The notes below the pieces were generated by a model. That model ran no database searches. It saw only the letters and a program-made list of their open reading frames with translations, and had not been told where the DNA came from. A DNA stretch of 64,000 bases. Origin: an uncultured Candidatus Saccharibacteria bacterium. GTDB lineage: Bacteria > Patescibacteriota > Saccharimonadia > Saccharimonadales > JAGQNK01. Position numbers and translations under genes: made by a program. The DNA is taken from NCBI GenBank assembly GCA_964636355.1, contig CAZWRG010000001.1, positions 41,687 through 105,686 on the forward strand, in the 5' to 3' direction. Below are positions 17,755 through 26,092 of this stretch, in pieces. How positions within the stretch are numbered: position 1 is the stretch's first letter; every line of letters begins with the position of its first letter.

Positions 17755-19949
17755 GCTTCTTCAGGGAAATTTTCGTCCAGCACTTCATCGGACGATCCCT
17801 CATCAGTTGCGCCGCCAAAAACATCATTAATCGAGCTAACCAGAACTTCTCGCGGTCGATTGCCGTCTGCCTGGCTGATAATACCCTGTTCTTCCATGGT
17901 CTCCATGAACCGTGCGGCCTTACCATAACCAATCCTTAGACGCCTCTGCAGCAGGCTGGTGCTGGCTTTGCCGCCGTCAATCACCACTCCAACAGCTTCT
18001 TTGTACAGCGGATCATCCATGTCGCTGCCGCCCGCATCAGCCACGATACCACCCTTGCCATTTAGCTGAACCGGCTGACTGATGATTTCATCGTTATAAT
18101 CTGGCGGCCGTTGCATACGGATAAAATCAGTGACTTTTAATGTTTCGTTATCGTCAATTAATGCCCCTTGAACGCGTATCGGCTTTGGCATATCCGAGGT
18201 CAGCAGCAACATATCACCTTGGCCAAGCAGCTTCTCAGCGCCGACTTGGTCGATAATCGTCCGTGAATCAACCTGACTCTGAGTCGTAAAAGCAATCCGG
18301 CCCGGCACGTTAGCCTTAATCAGACCGGTAATAACATCTACTGATGGGCGCTGAGTGGCCAAAATCAAATGGATACCAACGGCGCGTGCCTTCTGAGCAA
18401 TGCGGACAATCAACGCCTCAACATCTCGGGCGGCCATCATCATCAGATCGGCTAGCTCATCAATCACCACCACAATGTAGGGCATACCCTCTTCTTTTTT
18501 GAGGGCGTTATATTCCGCAATATTTCGGCGATGAACTTCACTGAGCGCCTTGTATCGCCGCTCCATCTCCGCCACTGTCCACTTAAGGGCGCTTATACAT
18601 TTTTCCGGCTCAGTAATAACTGGCGTTAACAGGTGCGGAATATCGTCATAAGGCTTCAGTTCAACCTGCTTGGGGTCAACCAAAATGAGCTTTAAATCAG
18701 ATGGGCTGTTACGGTACAACAGGCTGGTTAAGATAGTGTTGATCATGACCGATTTACCAGAACCAGTTTGTCCGGCCACCAAAAGGTGCGGCATTTTGGC
18801 CAAATTACCGACCACTGACTGACCGGCAATATCTTTTCCAATCGCAAAGCCAAGCGGACTGTCAACCTCAGCCCACTTCTGGGACTGCAGCAAGCTGCTA
18901 ATCCGCACGGTAGCCGACTTCAGATTAGGCACTTCAATACCAACCGCTCTTTTGCCGGGAATTGGCGCCTCCATACGGATGGAGGTAGCCTCTAGATCAA
19001 GCATCAGGTTGTTTTCCAGCGCCGTTATTTTAGTTAGCCTTACACCTGTCGGTGGCTTGAGAGTATATTGCGTAACCCGAGGACCAATGTTGGCGCCTTC
19101 CATTTCAACCGCAATATTAAAGTTCTCGAAAGTCTCTTTGATGATGCTGGCATTCCCTTCTACATCTCCAGCATTAGCCTTGTCTTGTTTTTGGTTGAGT
19201 AGATTAATCGGCGGAAATTGCCAATCCGGGTCACTAGCAGCCGTTAGGGCAGCATGATCTTCAGCCGGGGCAAGTTTTTTAACAGTATTTTTTAAGTTGG
19301 CCTTTTTAGGTGAAGCAGTATTTTTGCTGTGTTCCACCGGCACGCCTTCGTTTAGGGTAAAAGCACTTTCTGGGGCCCTGGATTTGAGATCCTCCAGATC
19401 AGCTTCCTCAGACTCCGGACGTCGAAAGATTTCAAATAATTTCAAGATAACCTTTGGTGAGATTCCAAAAGTTAAAAAGAATAACAAAATACTTAGCACA
19501 AACAGAAGTATCGAGGCCGGGATTTTATCTAAAATACCAAGCATCAATCCGCCAAGTCCGCCGCCAACCGCTCCGCCATGACCAGCTTCAAACTCTCCAA
19601 AAGTGGTTTTGTTAGCAAAAGCCACATGAAACCAGCCGGCAGACAAAACCAAAAACCCTAGCATGCTCATGAATTTATTGAATGGAATCTGTTTGTCTTC
19701 GCTGGTAAATTTCCAAATTCCAAAAAACACTAAAGCTAGAGGTGTTAAATAAGCTGCCCAACCGAATGCCCAATAAGCGGCCTCAAACATCGAAATCGGT
19801 AACGGGCCACCGGTATTAAAACTGCCGAGCAGCAAGAAAAAGGCCGCAATCATCAGTAAAATTGCTCCGGCTAGTGGCCAAAAACCTGAATGTTCAACTA
19901 CTTCTGGTTGGGTTTTTCTTTTTCTGGTTTGTTTTTTTCGTTTTGCCAT
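17751..19949 (-). CDS. ftsK: DNA translocase FtsK/SpoIIIE
   Basis: 732 aa. Four or five N-terminal TM helices, a linker, a motor domain with Walker A GQTGSGKS, and a C-terminal winged-helix gamma domain. Confidence 0.9.
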   Translation of the reverse strand: MAKRKKQTRKRKTQPEVVEHSGFWPLAGAILLMIAAFFLLLGSFNTGGPLPISMFEAAYWAFGWAAYLTPLALVFFGIWKFTSEDKQIPFNKFMSMLGFLVLSAGWFHVAFANKTTFGEFEAGHGGAVGGGLGGLMLGILDKIPASILLFVLSILLFFLTFGISPKVILKLFEIFRRPESEEADLEDLKSRAPESAFTLNEGVPVEHSKNTASPKKANLKNTVKKLAPAEDHAALTAASDPDWQFPPINLLNQKQDKANAGDVEGNASIIKETFENFNIAVEMEGANIGPRVTQYTLKPPTGVRLTKITALENNLMLDLEATSIRMEAPIPGKRAVGIEVPNLKSATVRISSLLQSQKWAEVDSPLGFAIGKDIAGQSVVGNLAKMPHLLVAGQTGSGKSVMINTILTSLLYRNSPSDLKLILVDPKQVELKPYDDIPHLLTPVITEPEKCISALKWTVAEMERRYKALSEVHRRNIAEYNALKKEEGMPYIVVVIDELADLMMMAARDVEALIVRIAQKARAVGIHLILATQRPSVDVITGLIKANVPGRIAFTTQSQVDSRTIIDQVGAEKLLGQGDMLLLTSDMPKPIRVQGALIDDNETLKVTDFIRMQRPPDYNDEIISQPVQLNGKGGIVADAGGSDMDDPLYKEAVGVVIDGGKASTSLLQRRLRIGYGKAARFMETMEEQGIISQADGNRPREVLVSSINDVFGGATDEGSSDEVLDENFPEEA

Positions 19950-19970
19950 AAGAACTTAATTATATCAGGG

Positions 19971-20240
19971 TTAGTCTGCTGACTCCAAGGGTAAAGGCGC
20001 TGGATCATCCACACCTAGTAAAATTTTAGTCTGTAAAACTAAGTCACTATAATATCTATAGATGCCCATTAATTCTTCCTCATCTAAGCCACCGAAATTA
20101 GCCCCCTCATACTTATAAGCTAAAAGATCATCTAAAGCCTGTTCTCTTTTGTAAATTTGCTCCTCTAACCAAGGATGTCCTGCTGCTTCGCGGACCAAGA
20201 TTTGATTATCTAATTGTGACGAGTCAGGAGAATGTTCCAT
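19971..20240 (-). CDS. Small acidic hypothetical protein, likely translated from a leaderless mRNA
   Basis: The ORF track begins at a TTG that is itself the -35 hexamer. The in-frame ATG at 20240 (MEHSPDSS...) sits about 7 nt after the -10, so a leaderless start is inferred. Function is not recognisable. Confidence 0.4.
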   Translation of the reverse strand: MEHSPDSSQLDNQILVREAAGHPWLEEQIYKREQALDDLLAYKYEGANFGGLDEEELMGIYRYYSDLVLQTKILLGVDDPAPLPLESAD

Positions 20241-20247
20241 AGCCATT

Positions 20248-20276
20248 ATTATAGCAAAAATTACATCATTTGTCAA
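20248..20276 (-). promoter_or_regulatory. Near-consensus sigma70 promoter (TTGACA, 17 nt, TATAAT)
   Basis: Minus strand reads TTGACAAATGATGTAATTTTTGCTATAAT. Both hexamers are perfect and the spacer is exactly 17 nt. Confidence 0.55.
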
Positions 20277-20395
20277 TCCACTTAAGCTCCCGCCTTTTTA
20301 TATAGCACTTTCCGGATTGGCTTGGGAAAGCGCTTTCTAATTTCGGGAGAAGAGCAGCCAAAGACACCGGATTTATTCCGGCGCACCGCTTGGGT

Positions 20396-20418
20396 GAGAG
20401 GAGGAGTCACCTCCTCTC
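20396..20418 (-). promoter_or_regulatory. Perfect 9-bp stem-loop 8 nt downstream of the rnj stop codon
   Basis: GAGAGGAGG AGTCA CCTCCTCTC. Not followed by a U-tract. Two further short hairpins (CTTTCC...GGAAAG and CCGGA..TCCGG) occur in the next 100 nt. Confidence 0.4.
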
Positions 20419-20425
20419 ATTAGAG

Positions 20426-22528
20426 CTAATCAGTGCGGGCGTCTTGGCCTAGGAGTTTGGCCCGCATCTCTTCAAAGCGGCGCTGCTGCTCGGCAGCAAT
20501 TTCTTCTGGGGTTGGCTCTGGTTTTGGCGCGGAATTACCATTTTGGGCGGACGCACCATTTTTAGCTTTTTTAGATTGTTGAGCATTACCATTGGCCTTA
20601 CCGCCAATCACATTTACAACTGGGATTACAATTGGGCTTCGCTTGGTGTACTCAAATAGAAAATGCGTCACGTGCTCTTTAAGTTCTTGTTTAAATCTAT
20701 CGAGGTCTACTCGCTTAAACCGCTGACCAACAGCTCTTTTGAGCTCGGTCCTGAAAGCATTCATCAGCTCTTCATTATCACGCATGTAGATAAAACCGCG
20801 GCTAACGATATCCGGGCTGGTCATGAGGTTACCGGATTTTTTATCAATCGTTAGAATAACCGCCACCAAGCCTTCTTCGGCCAACATCAGCCGGTCTTTG
20901 ATAACCACGCTGCTAACCATCGAACCAGCTTGGTCGACCAGAACAGTTCCGGTCGGTACTTTACCGCTGATTTGCATTGTATCTGGCGTTAGTTCAATTA
21001 CTTCGCCGTTTTCAGCGTTGATACAGTTTTTTCTAGGAATTCCCTGCTCGACGGCAATTTCAATATGCCGTTGTTTCTTGTAGTAAGATCCATAAACTGG
21101 AATGAAGAATTTAGGCTGCGTAAAGTTGATCATGTCAGCGAATTCGTCAATGCTGGCATGGCCAGAAACGTGCAGCGGACCAACGCCATCTAGCTCATGA
21201 GTTATGTGCTGGAAAACGTGGACGTTTTTGCGCATCAGGTTATCAACCATCGCGGCAATTAATGAATCGTTACCGCTCTCCGGAATTGGAGTAGAGCTTA
21301 AGACAACCGTGTCTTGCTCTTTTAATTTAATATGTCTGTGATCGCCACTGGCCATCCGTTGCAGCGCAGAACTAGGTTCGCCCTGACCACCGGTACAGAC
21401 CACCACCACCTCATGATCTTTGAGGTTTGGGACGGCCGAAATCGGCACGAAAGTTCCTTTAGGAATTTTCATAAATCCGTTTCTCACGGCCATCTCAAGG
21501 GTTGAAATCATGCTGCGACCATCCAGCGCGATTTTACGATTGTGCTTAACGGCAGCGTTGACGATCATCTGTACACGGTTAACGTTGGTTGAGAAGATAG
21601 CCACGAAAATCCGGCCCGGAGCCTGATTCATAATATCCACGTAACTCTGCTCGATGGTGCTCTCACTAGGTGTTCTGCCCATTCGATCGGTGGTGGTGCT
21701 TTCACTAAGCAACGCTAAAACGCCTTCCCGGCCAAGTTCTTTTAGGCGCTCAACATCGGTTTTTTCATGATCCAAAGGATTGGGATCCAACCGGAAGTCA
21801 CCAGTGTTAATGATGCGCCCAACTGGCGTATCAACTACTACAATCGTACTGCCTGGAATCGAATGCGTAACGCCAACTAGCTCGACAAAGAAACTACCGA
21901 CCTTGAGGCGTTCGTGGGTGTCTTCGTTCATAACAACTGTTTGTAGCTCAAAACCTTCCGGCATTGGCTGGGAAAAGTTTTGGAAAATCTCTTCAACCCG
22001 TCCAATTGTAAATTTGGAACCATAAATCGGCGCTGGCAGCCGAGGTACAATGTGCGGCAAACCACCAATGTGATCGAGGTGGCCATGAGTTATGACGTAG
22101 CCTTTTAATTTATGTCGAATGGTTTCCAGGTAGCTCACGTCACAGATGCCGTAGTTAATTCCTGGCAAGTCGACGCCCAGATCATTTCCAGCGTCGATGA
22201 CGATTGCGTCATTCATGTATTCGACAAGCATCATGTTTTTAGAGCCGCCGCCGTCCATACCGCCCAGACCAATGATCTTAAGCCGCGGCTTGTCATCAAT
22301 CTTATTAGCTCTGGGGCGTTCTTCGGGTTTAATGGCCGGCTGCTCCAGATACTGGCTAATCAGTCTTTGGGCGTCGTCATGGGTTCGTCTTTGGGCCCGA
22401 ATTGCTGCTCCGCGACTACTAGCCCGGACTGGCGCCCCTGATCCGCTGTTGCCATTTGATTGGCGAGGTTTTTGACCGTTCTTGTTTGAACTCGGTTTTC
22501 GCCGGTTCTGATTATTTGGTTTATTCAT
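20426..22528 (-). CDS. rnj: Ribonuclease J (metallo-beta-lactamase/beta-CASP RNase) with basic, low-complexity N- and C-terminal extensions
   Basis: 700 aa. HxHxDH motif (HGHLDHIGG). RNase J-typical beta-CASP core. About 90-aa N-terminal tail rich in K/R/N/Q, and a C-terminal tail of about 60 aa. Confidence 0.85.
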   Translation of the reverse strand: MNKPNNQNRRKPSSNKNGQKPRQSNGNSGSGAPVRASSRGAAIRAQRRTHDDAQRLISQYLEQPAIKPEERPRANKIDDKPRLKIIGLGGMDGGGSKNMMLVEYMNDAIVIDAGNDLGVDLPGINYGICDVSYLETIRHKLKGYVITHGHLDHIGGLPHIVPRLPAPIYGSKFTIGRVEEIFQNFSQPMPEGFELQTVVMNEDTHERLKVGSFFVELVGVTHSIPGSTIVVVDTPVGRIINTGDFRLDPNPLDHEKTDVERLKELGREGVLALLSESTTTDRMGRTPSESTIEQSYVDIMNQAPGRIFVAIFSTNVNRVQMIVNAAVKHNRKIALDGRSMISTLEMAVRNGFMKIPKGTFVPISAVPNLKDHEVVVVCTGGQGEPSSALQRMASGDHRHIKLKEQDTVVLSSTPIPESGNDSLIAAMVDNLMRKNVHVFQHITHELDGVGPLHVSGHASIDEFADMINFTQPKFFIPVYGSYYKKQRHIEIAVEQGIPRKNCINAENGEVIELTPDTMQISGKVPTGTVLVDQAGSMVSSVVIKDRLMLAEEGLVAVILTIDKKSGNLMTSPDIVSRGFIYMRDNEELMNAFRTELKRAVGQRFKRVDLDRFKQELKEHVTHFLFEYTKRSPIVIPVVNVIGGKANGNAQQSKKAKNGASAQNGNSAPKPEPTPEEIAAEQQRRFEEMRAKLLGQDARTD

Positions 22529-22556
22529 ATATTTTATTGTTCCTTTCGGATGATAT

Positions 22557-23183
22557 TTAATTCTTAGTTAATTTGTTTAGGGTAGTTGGTATATTACTGA
22601 AATCGTCAACTAGTGTTTGCCGAAGCCCGCCGTTATACAAAGCTGCTGCCGGGTGAAACAATGGCAGAATAACTAGCGACATTAACGTCTGATCCTGGGG
22701 GTTATTTTCTCCTCGTTGATTACTGTTTAGGCTGAGCTTGATTCGTTTTGGCTGCCCATGAACAGCGCTGATTTTTAAATTCGGCAGGAAATATTCCATG
22801 CTGTGCCGACCCAATGTCACTACTAATTTTGGCTGAATGACATCCAGTTGGCGCACCAAGTACGGCCAAAAAGCCCGCTTTTCCTCCGGCAACGGATCGC
22901 GATTATTCGGCGGCCGGTATTTGACTATATTAGTTATGTAAATGTCCTGCCTATCAAGGCTAATCGACTGAAGCATTTCGTCTAGAAACTTGCCGGCTGC
23001 TCCTACGAATGGTTTGCCTTTAAGGTCCTCATTTTTCCCTGGCGCCTCGCCAATAAAGACGATGTCGGCGTCTGGGTTGCCATAGCCAAAAACCAGCTGG
23101 GTGGCTTGCTCGGCAAGCTCTAGGCAAACATTATTTTGGGTAATTTCTGCCTCAAGTTTGACGAGCTGCTGTTGTTTGGTCAT
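22557..23183 (-). CDS. Uracil-DNA glycosylase, family 4
   Basis: Motif A GEAPGKNED..GKPFVGAAGKFL and a C-terminal HPAA-like motif. Confidence 0.8.
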   Translation of the reverse strand: MTKQQQLVKLEAEITQNNVCLELAEQATQLVFGYGNPDADIVFIGEAPGKNEDLKGKPFVGAAGKFLDEMLQSISLDRQDIYITNIVKYRPPNNRDPLPEEKRAFWPYLVRQLDVIQPKLVVTLGRHSMEYFLPNLKISAVHGQPKRIKLSLNSNQRGENNPQDQTLMSLVILPLFHPAAALYNGGLRQTLVDDFSNIPTTLNKLTKN

Positions 23184-23189
23184 GTGAAG

Positions 23190-23378
23190 TTACTTTTTAA
23201 ATGCACGAATAATCAGCTTGATACCTAAAATTAGCAACAAAACCGCGCCAAGATACTGCCAATAACTGCCAGTATCCAGCGCTCTGGACAAAAAAGCGTA
23301 GGCTAAAACCATTCCCAACAGCCCACCGGCTAAAGTTGTTCCGGGGTGGTGTGGTTTTCGCAAAACTTTCTTGCTCAT
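23190..23378 (-). CDS. Small two-TM membrane protein (hypothetical)
   Basis: 62 aa with two hydrophobic helices. Tightly packed between the uracil-DNA glycosylase gene and pnp. Confidence 0.3.
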   Translation of the reverse strand: MSKKVLRKPHHPGTTLAGGLLGMVLAYAFLSRALDTGSYWQYLGAVLLLILGIKLIIRAFKK

Positions 23379-23389
23379 TGGTTTATAAA

Positions 23390-25591
23390 TTACTTATTTT
23401 TTAGTTCTCGGGCGGCAGCTTTCATGCTGAGATTTAAGCGGCCCTTTTCGTCGATGGCGACCAGCTTAACAGTTACCAGGTCGCCTTCTTTTACTACATC
23501 GCTTGGCTTATTGACTCGCTCTTCACTCATTTCACTGACGTGAACCAGGCCGTCTTTGCCAGGCAGGATTTGTACAAATGCCCCAAAATCCAGCACACTG
23601 ACAACCGGTACATTCTCATAGATTGTGCCCGGCTCTGGGTCTTCGGTGAGGTTCTTGATGTACTTAATTGCGCCGTCAATCGACTCTTTGTTAGGGCTAG
23701 CAATAAACACTGTTCCGTCGTCTTTGATGTCAATTTCAGCGCCAGTCTCGGCAATAATTTTATTGATCATCTCACCACCCTTACCGATGACTTCACGGAT
23801 TTTATCCGGATTGATCTTAATCGATTCCACTCTTGGCGCATAAGGACTCATCTCTGTCCGAGGCGTATTTAGAACGCTCATCATGTGTTCTAGGATATGC
23901 ATCCGTCCGGGCTTGGCCTTGATTAGCGCCTGACGTAATATTTCCGGGCTCAGACCGTGAACTTTCATATCCATCTGAAGCGCAGTTATACCTTCACTGG
24001 TTCCGGTGACCTTAAAGTCCATATCACCAGCGAAATCCTCGGCGTCGGCTATATCACTCATGATATAAGGCGTCTCACCGTCCATCATGAGTCCCATAGC
24101 AATTCCAGAAACTGGTCGCTTGAGCGGGACACCGGCGTCCATCAGCGCCAAACAGCTTGAGCAAGTGGCCGCCATTGAGGTCGAACCGTTTTGGCTCATG
24201 ATTTCAGTAACTGAACGAATGACATAGGGGAATTCGGCTTCGCTTGGCAAGACCGCTGTCAGGGCTCGTTCTGCCAAATAGCCGTGACCGATCTCTCGGC
24301 GCCCCGGACTACCCAGCCGTTTAACCTCACCTACCGTCCAGCCTGGGGCGTTATAGTGGTGCAAGTAGCGGCGCTCGCCTTCTTTTTCCATGGTATCAAC
24401 TAATTGAGCGTAGCTCAGCGGCGCTAGAGTGACGATGTTCATAGCTTGAGTGACGCCTCTGGTGAATAAGCTGGAGCCATGGGCTCGCGGCAGCAGACCA
24501 ACTTCACTGCTAAGCGGCCTGATTTCATCCAGCTTACGCCCATCCGGTCGAATTTGACGAGAAACTATTTCCTTACGAACATCTTTGTGCAGCGCCATAG
24601 TAAACGCGTCATCGTATTCACGGCGGCGCTCATCGTAGTCTTCGCCCTGCTTTTCGCTAAATTCATCATGAAAAGCCTCACGCAGTTCAGAAATTAGGGC
24701 GTTGCGCTCCGGATATGGCAGTTGCAGATTCTGGCCTAATTTACCATCCAACCAAGCATCTACCTCTGTTTGGATATCTTCATCGGGCAGCAATAATTCG
24801 TATTCTTGCTCGGTAACACCTACCTTTTTAACGAGTTCCTGCTGGAGCTTGATAGCCGGCTGCATGGCCTCAAAAGCCCACTTTACGGCGTCGGCAATTT
24901 CATCCTCGGTAGCTTCATTAGCCCCGGCTTCAACCATCATAACGCCGCTTTCACGGCCAGCCACTACAAGATCGAGCTTACTTTCATCCAGCTCGTCAGC
25001 GCTGTTAAAAGCACTATAATTTCCATCTTTGTCGATACAAACTCGAACGCCGGATACCGGACCGTTAAACGGCGCGCCAGTTAGCGACAAAGCAGCACTA
25101 ACCGCAATCATGGCGATCATGTCAGGGCGAAAATCAGGGTCCATACTAAGAACCGTAGCGATTCCCTGAACCTCCTGGCGATAACCTTTTGGCCACAGCG
25201 GGCGAATTGGTCGGTCGATGAGTCGGCCAATCAAAACCGCATCATCACTGGGGCGGCCTTCGCGCTTGATAAATCGGCTGCCGCTGATTTTTCCGGCGGC
25301 GTACATTTTTTCTTCGTAATCAATACTTAGCGGAAAATAATCCATACCGCTGACAGGCTTATTGCCAACCATAGCCGTACCAAGCACCACGGTATCACCG
25401 TAACGCACCAGCACAGATGATGAGGAGCGAAATCCGACTCGTCCCACTTCTAAACTTAAGGTTTTGCCGCAGAACTCAGTCTCGACTTTGATTATATCTT
25501 TTCCGAATGGGTTGATAGTTTGTCCCATTAGCTTCCTTTCTTTCTTGCCCGCCTTAACTTTAAGACAAAGTTTGGTGGGCCAGGGTGACAA
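23390..25591 (-). CDS. pnp: Polynucleotide phosphorylase
   Basis: 733 aa. Two RNase PH-like domains, then KH and S1 domains at the C-terminus. Adjacent to rpsO. Confidence 0.95.
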   Translation of the reverse strand: MSPWPTKLCLKVKAGKKERKLMGQTINPFGKDIIKVETEFCGKTLSLEVGRVGFRSSSSVLVRYGDTVVLGTAMVGNKPVSGMDYFPLSIDYEEKMYAAGKISGSRFIKREGRPSDDAVLIGRLIDRPIRPLWPKGYRQEVQGIATVLSMDPDFRPDMIAMIAVSAALSLTGAPFNGPVSGVRVCIDKDGNYSAFNSADELDESKLDLVVAGRESGVMMVEAGANEATEDEIADAVKWAFEAMQPAIKLQQELVKKVGVTEQEYELLLPDEDIQTEVDAWLDGKLGQNLQLPYPERNALISELREAFHDEFSEKQGEDYDERRREYDDAFTMALHKDVRKEIVSRQIRPDGRKLDEIRPLSSEVGLLPRAHGSSLFTRGVTQAMNIVTLAPLSYAQLVDTMEKEGERRYLHHYNAPGWTVGEVKRLGSPGRREIGHGYLAERALTAVLPSEAEFPYVIRSVTEIMSQNGSTSMAATCSSCLALMDAGVPLKRPVSGIAMGLMMDGETPYIMSDIADAEDFAGDMDFKVTGTSEGITALQMDMKVHGLSPEILRQALIKAKPGRMHILEHMMSVLNTPRTEMSPYAPRVESIKINPDKIREVIGKGGEMINKIIAETGAEIDIKDDGTVFIASPNKESIDGAIKYIKNLTEDPEPGTIYENVPVVSVLDFGAFVQILPGKDGLVHVSEMSEERVNKPSDVVKEGDLVTVKLVAIDEKGRLNLSMKAAARELKNK

Positions 25592-25705
25592 GGTCCAACC
25601 GTCTCATATCTGAGAAAGCTGTGCTCTGCCACCCTTTGTTTTAATGATACTAGAACGTAGATTCTAGATTTTGGACGCTAAAATTTAGTGTCCAATGTCC
25701 AAGAT

Positions 25706-25972
25706 CTATCTTCTAATTCCAAGCTTTTTGATTAAGCCCAGATACGCCTGACTATCTTTATCGGCGATATATTTAAGCAGGCGCTTGCGCTTGCCGACCA
25801 TTTGCAGCAAACCGCGGCGGGCCATGTAGTCGTGCTTGTTGACCTTTAGGTGCTCAGTCAACTCCTTGATTCGCTCAGTCAAAATGCCAACCTGAACAGC
25901 CGGGCTGCCAGTATCATTCTTGTCTTTTTGGAGGTCTTTGATGACCTTAGTCTTCTTTTCTGCACTAATCAA
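25706..25972 (-). CDS. rpsO: 30S ribosomal protein S15
   Basis: 88 aa. ...HLKVNKHDYMARRGLLQMVGKRKRLLKYI is the S15 signature. Confidence 0.9.
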   Translation of the reverse strand: MISAEKKTKVIKDLQKDKNDTGSPAVQVGILTERIKELTEHLKVNKHDYMARRGLLQMVGKRKRLLKYIADKDSQAYLGLIKKLGIRR

Positions 25973-26092
25973 AATTAGGTTCCTTACTATTAAATGATGA
26001 AAGAGTTTGATGGCGTTAGCAAGATTCTAGCACACCTTCCTCTGTTATGCAACCACTTAAGCCATCAAGCTACTGATAATCTCTGCAGCCTT

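Noticed and set aside
20392-20418. Plus-strand sequence GGAGTCACCTCCTCTCA resembling the 3' end of 16S rRNA (GGATCACCTCCTT)
   Set aside because: It is an isolated 17-nt match within a hairpin. No flanking rRNA-like sequence is present and no rRNA gene lies in the window. It is most likely just a GGAGG/CCTCC palindrome.
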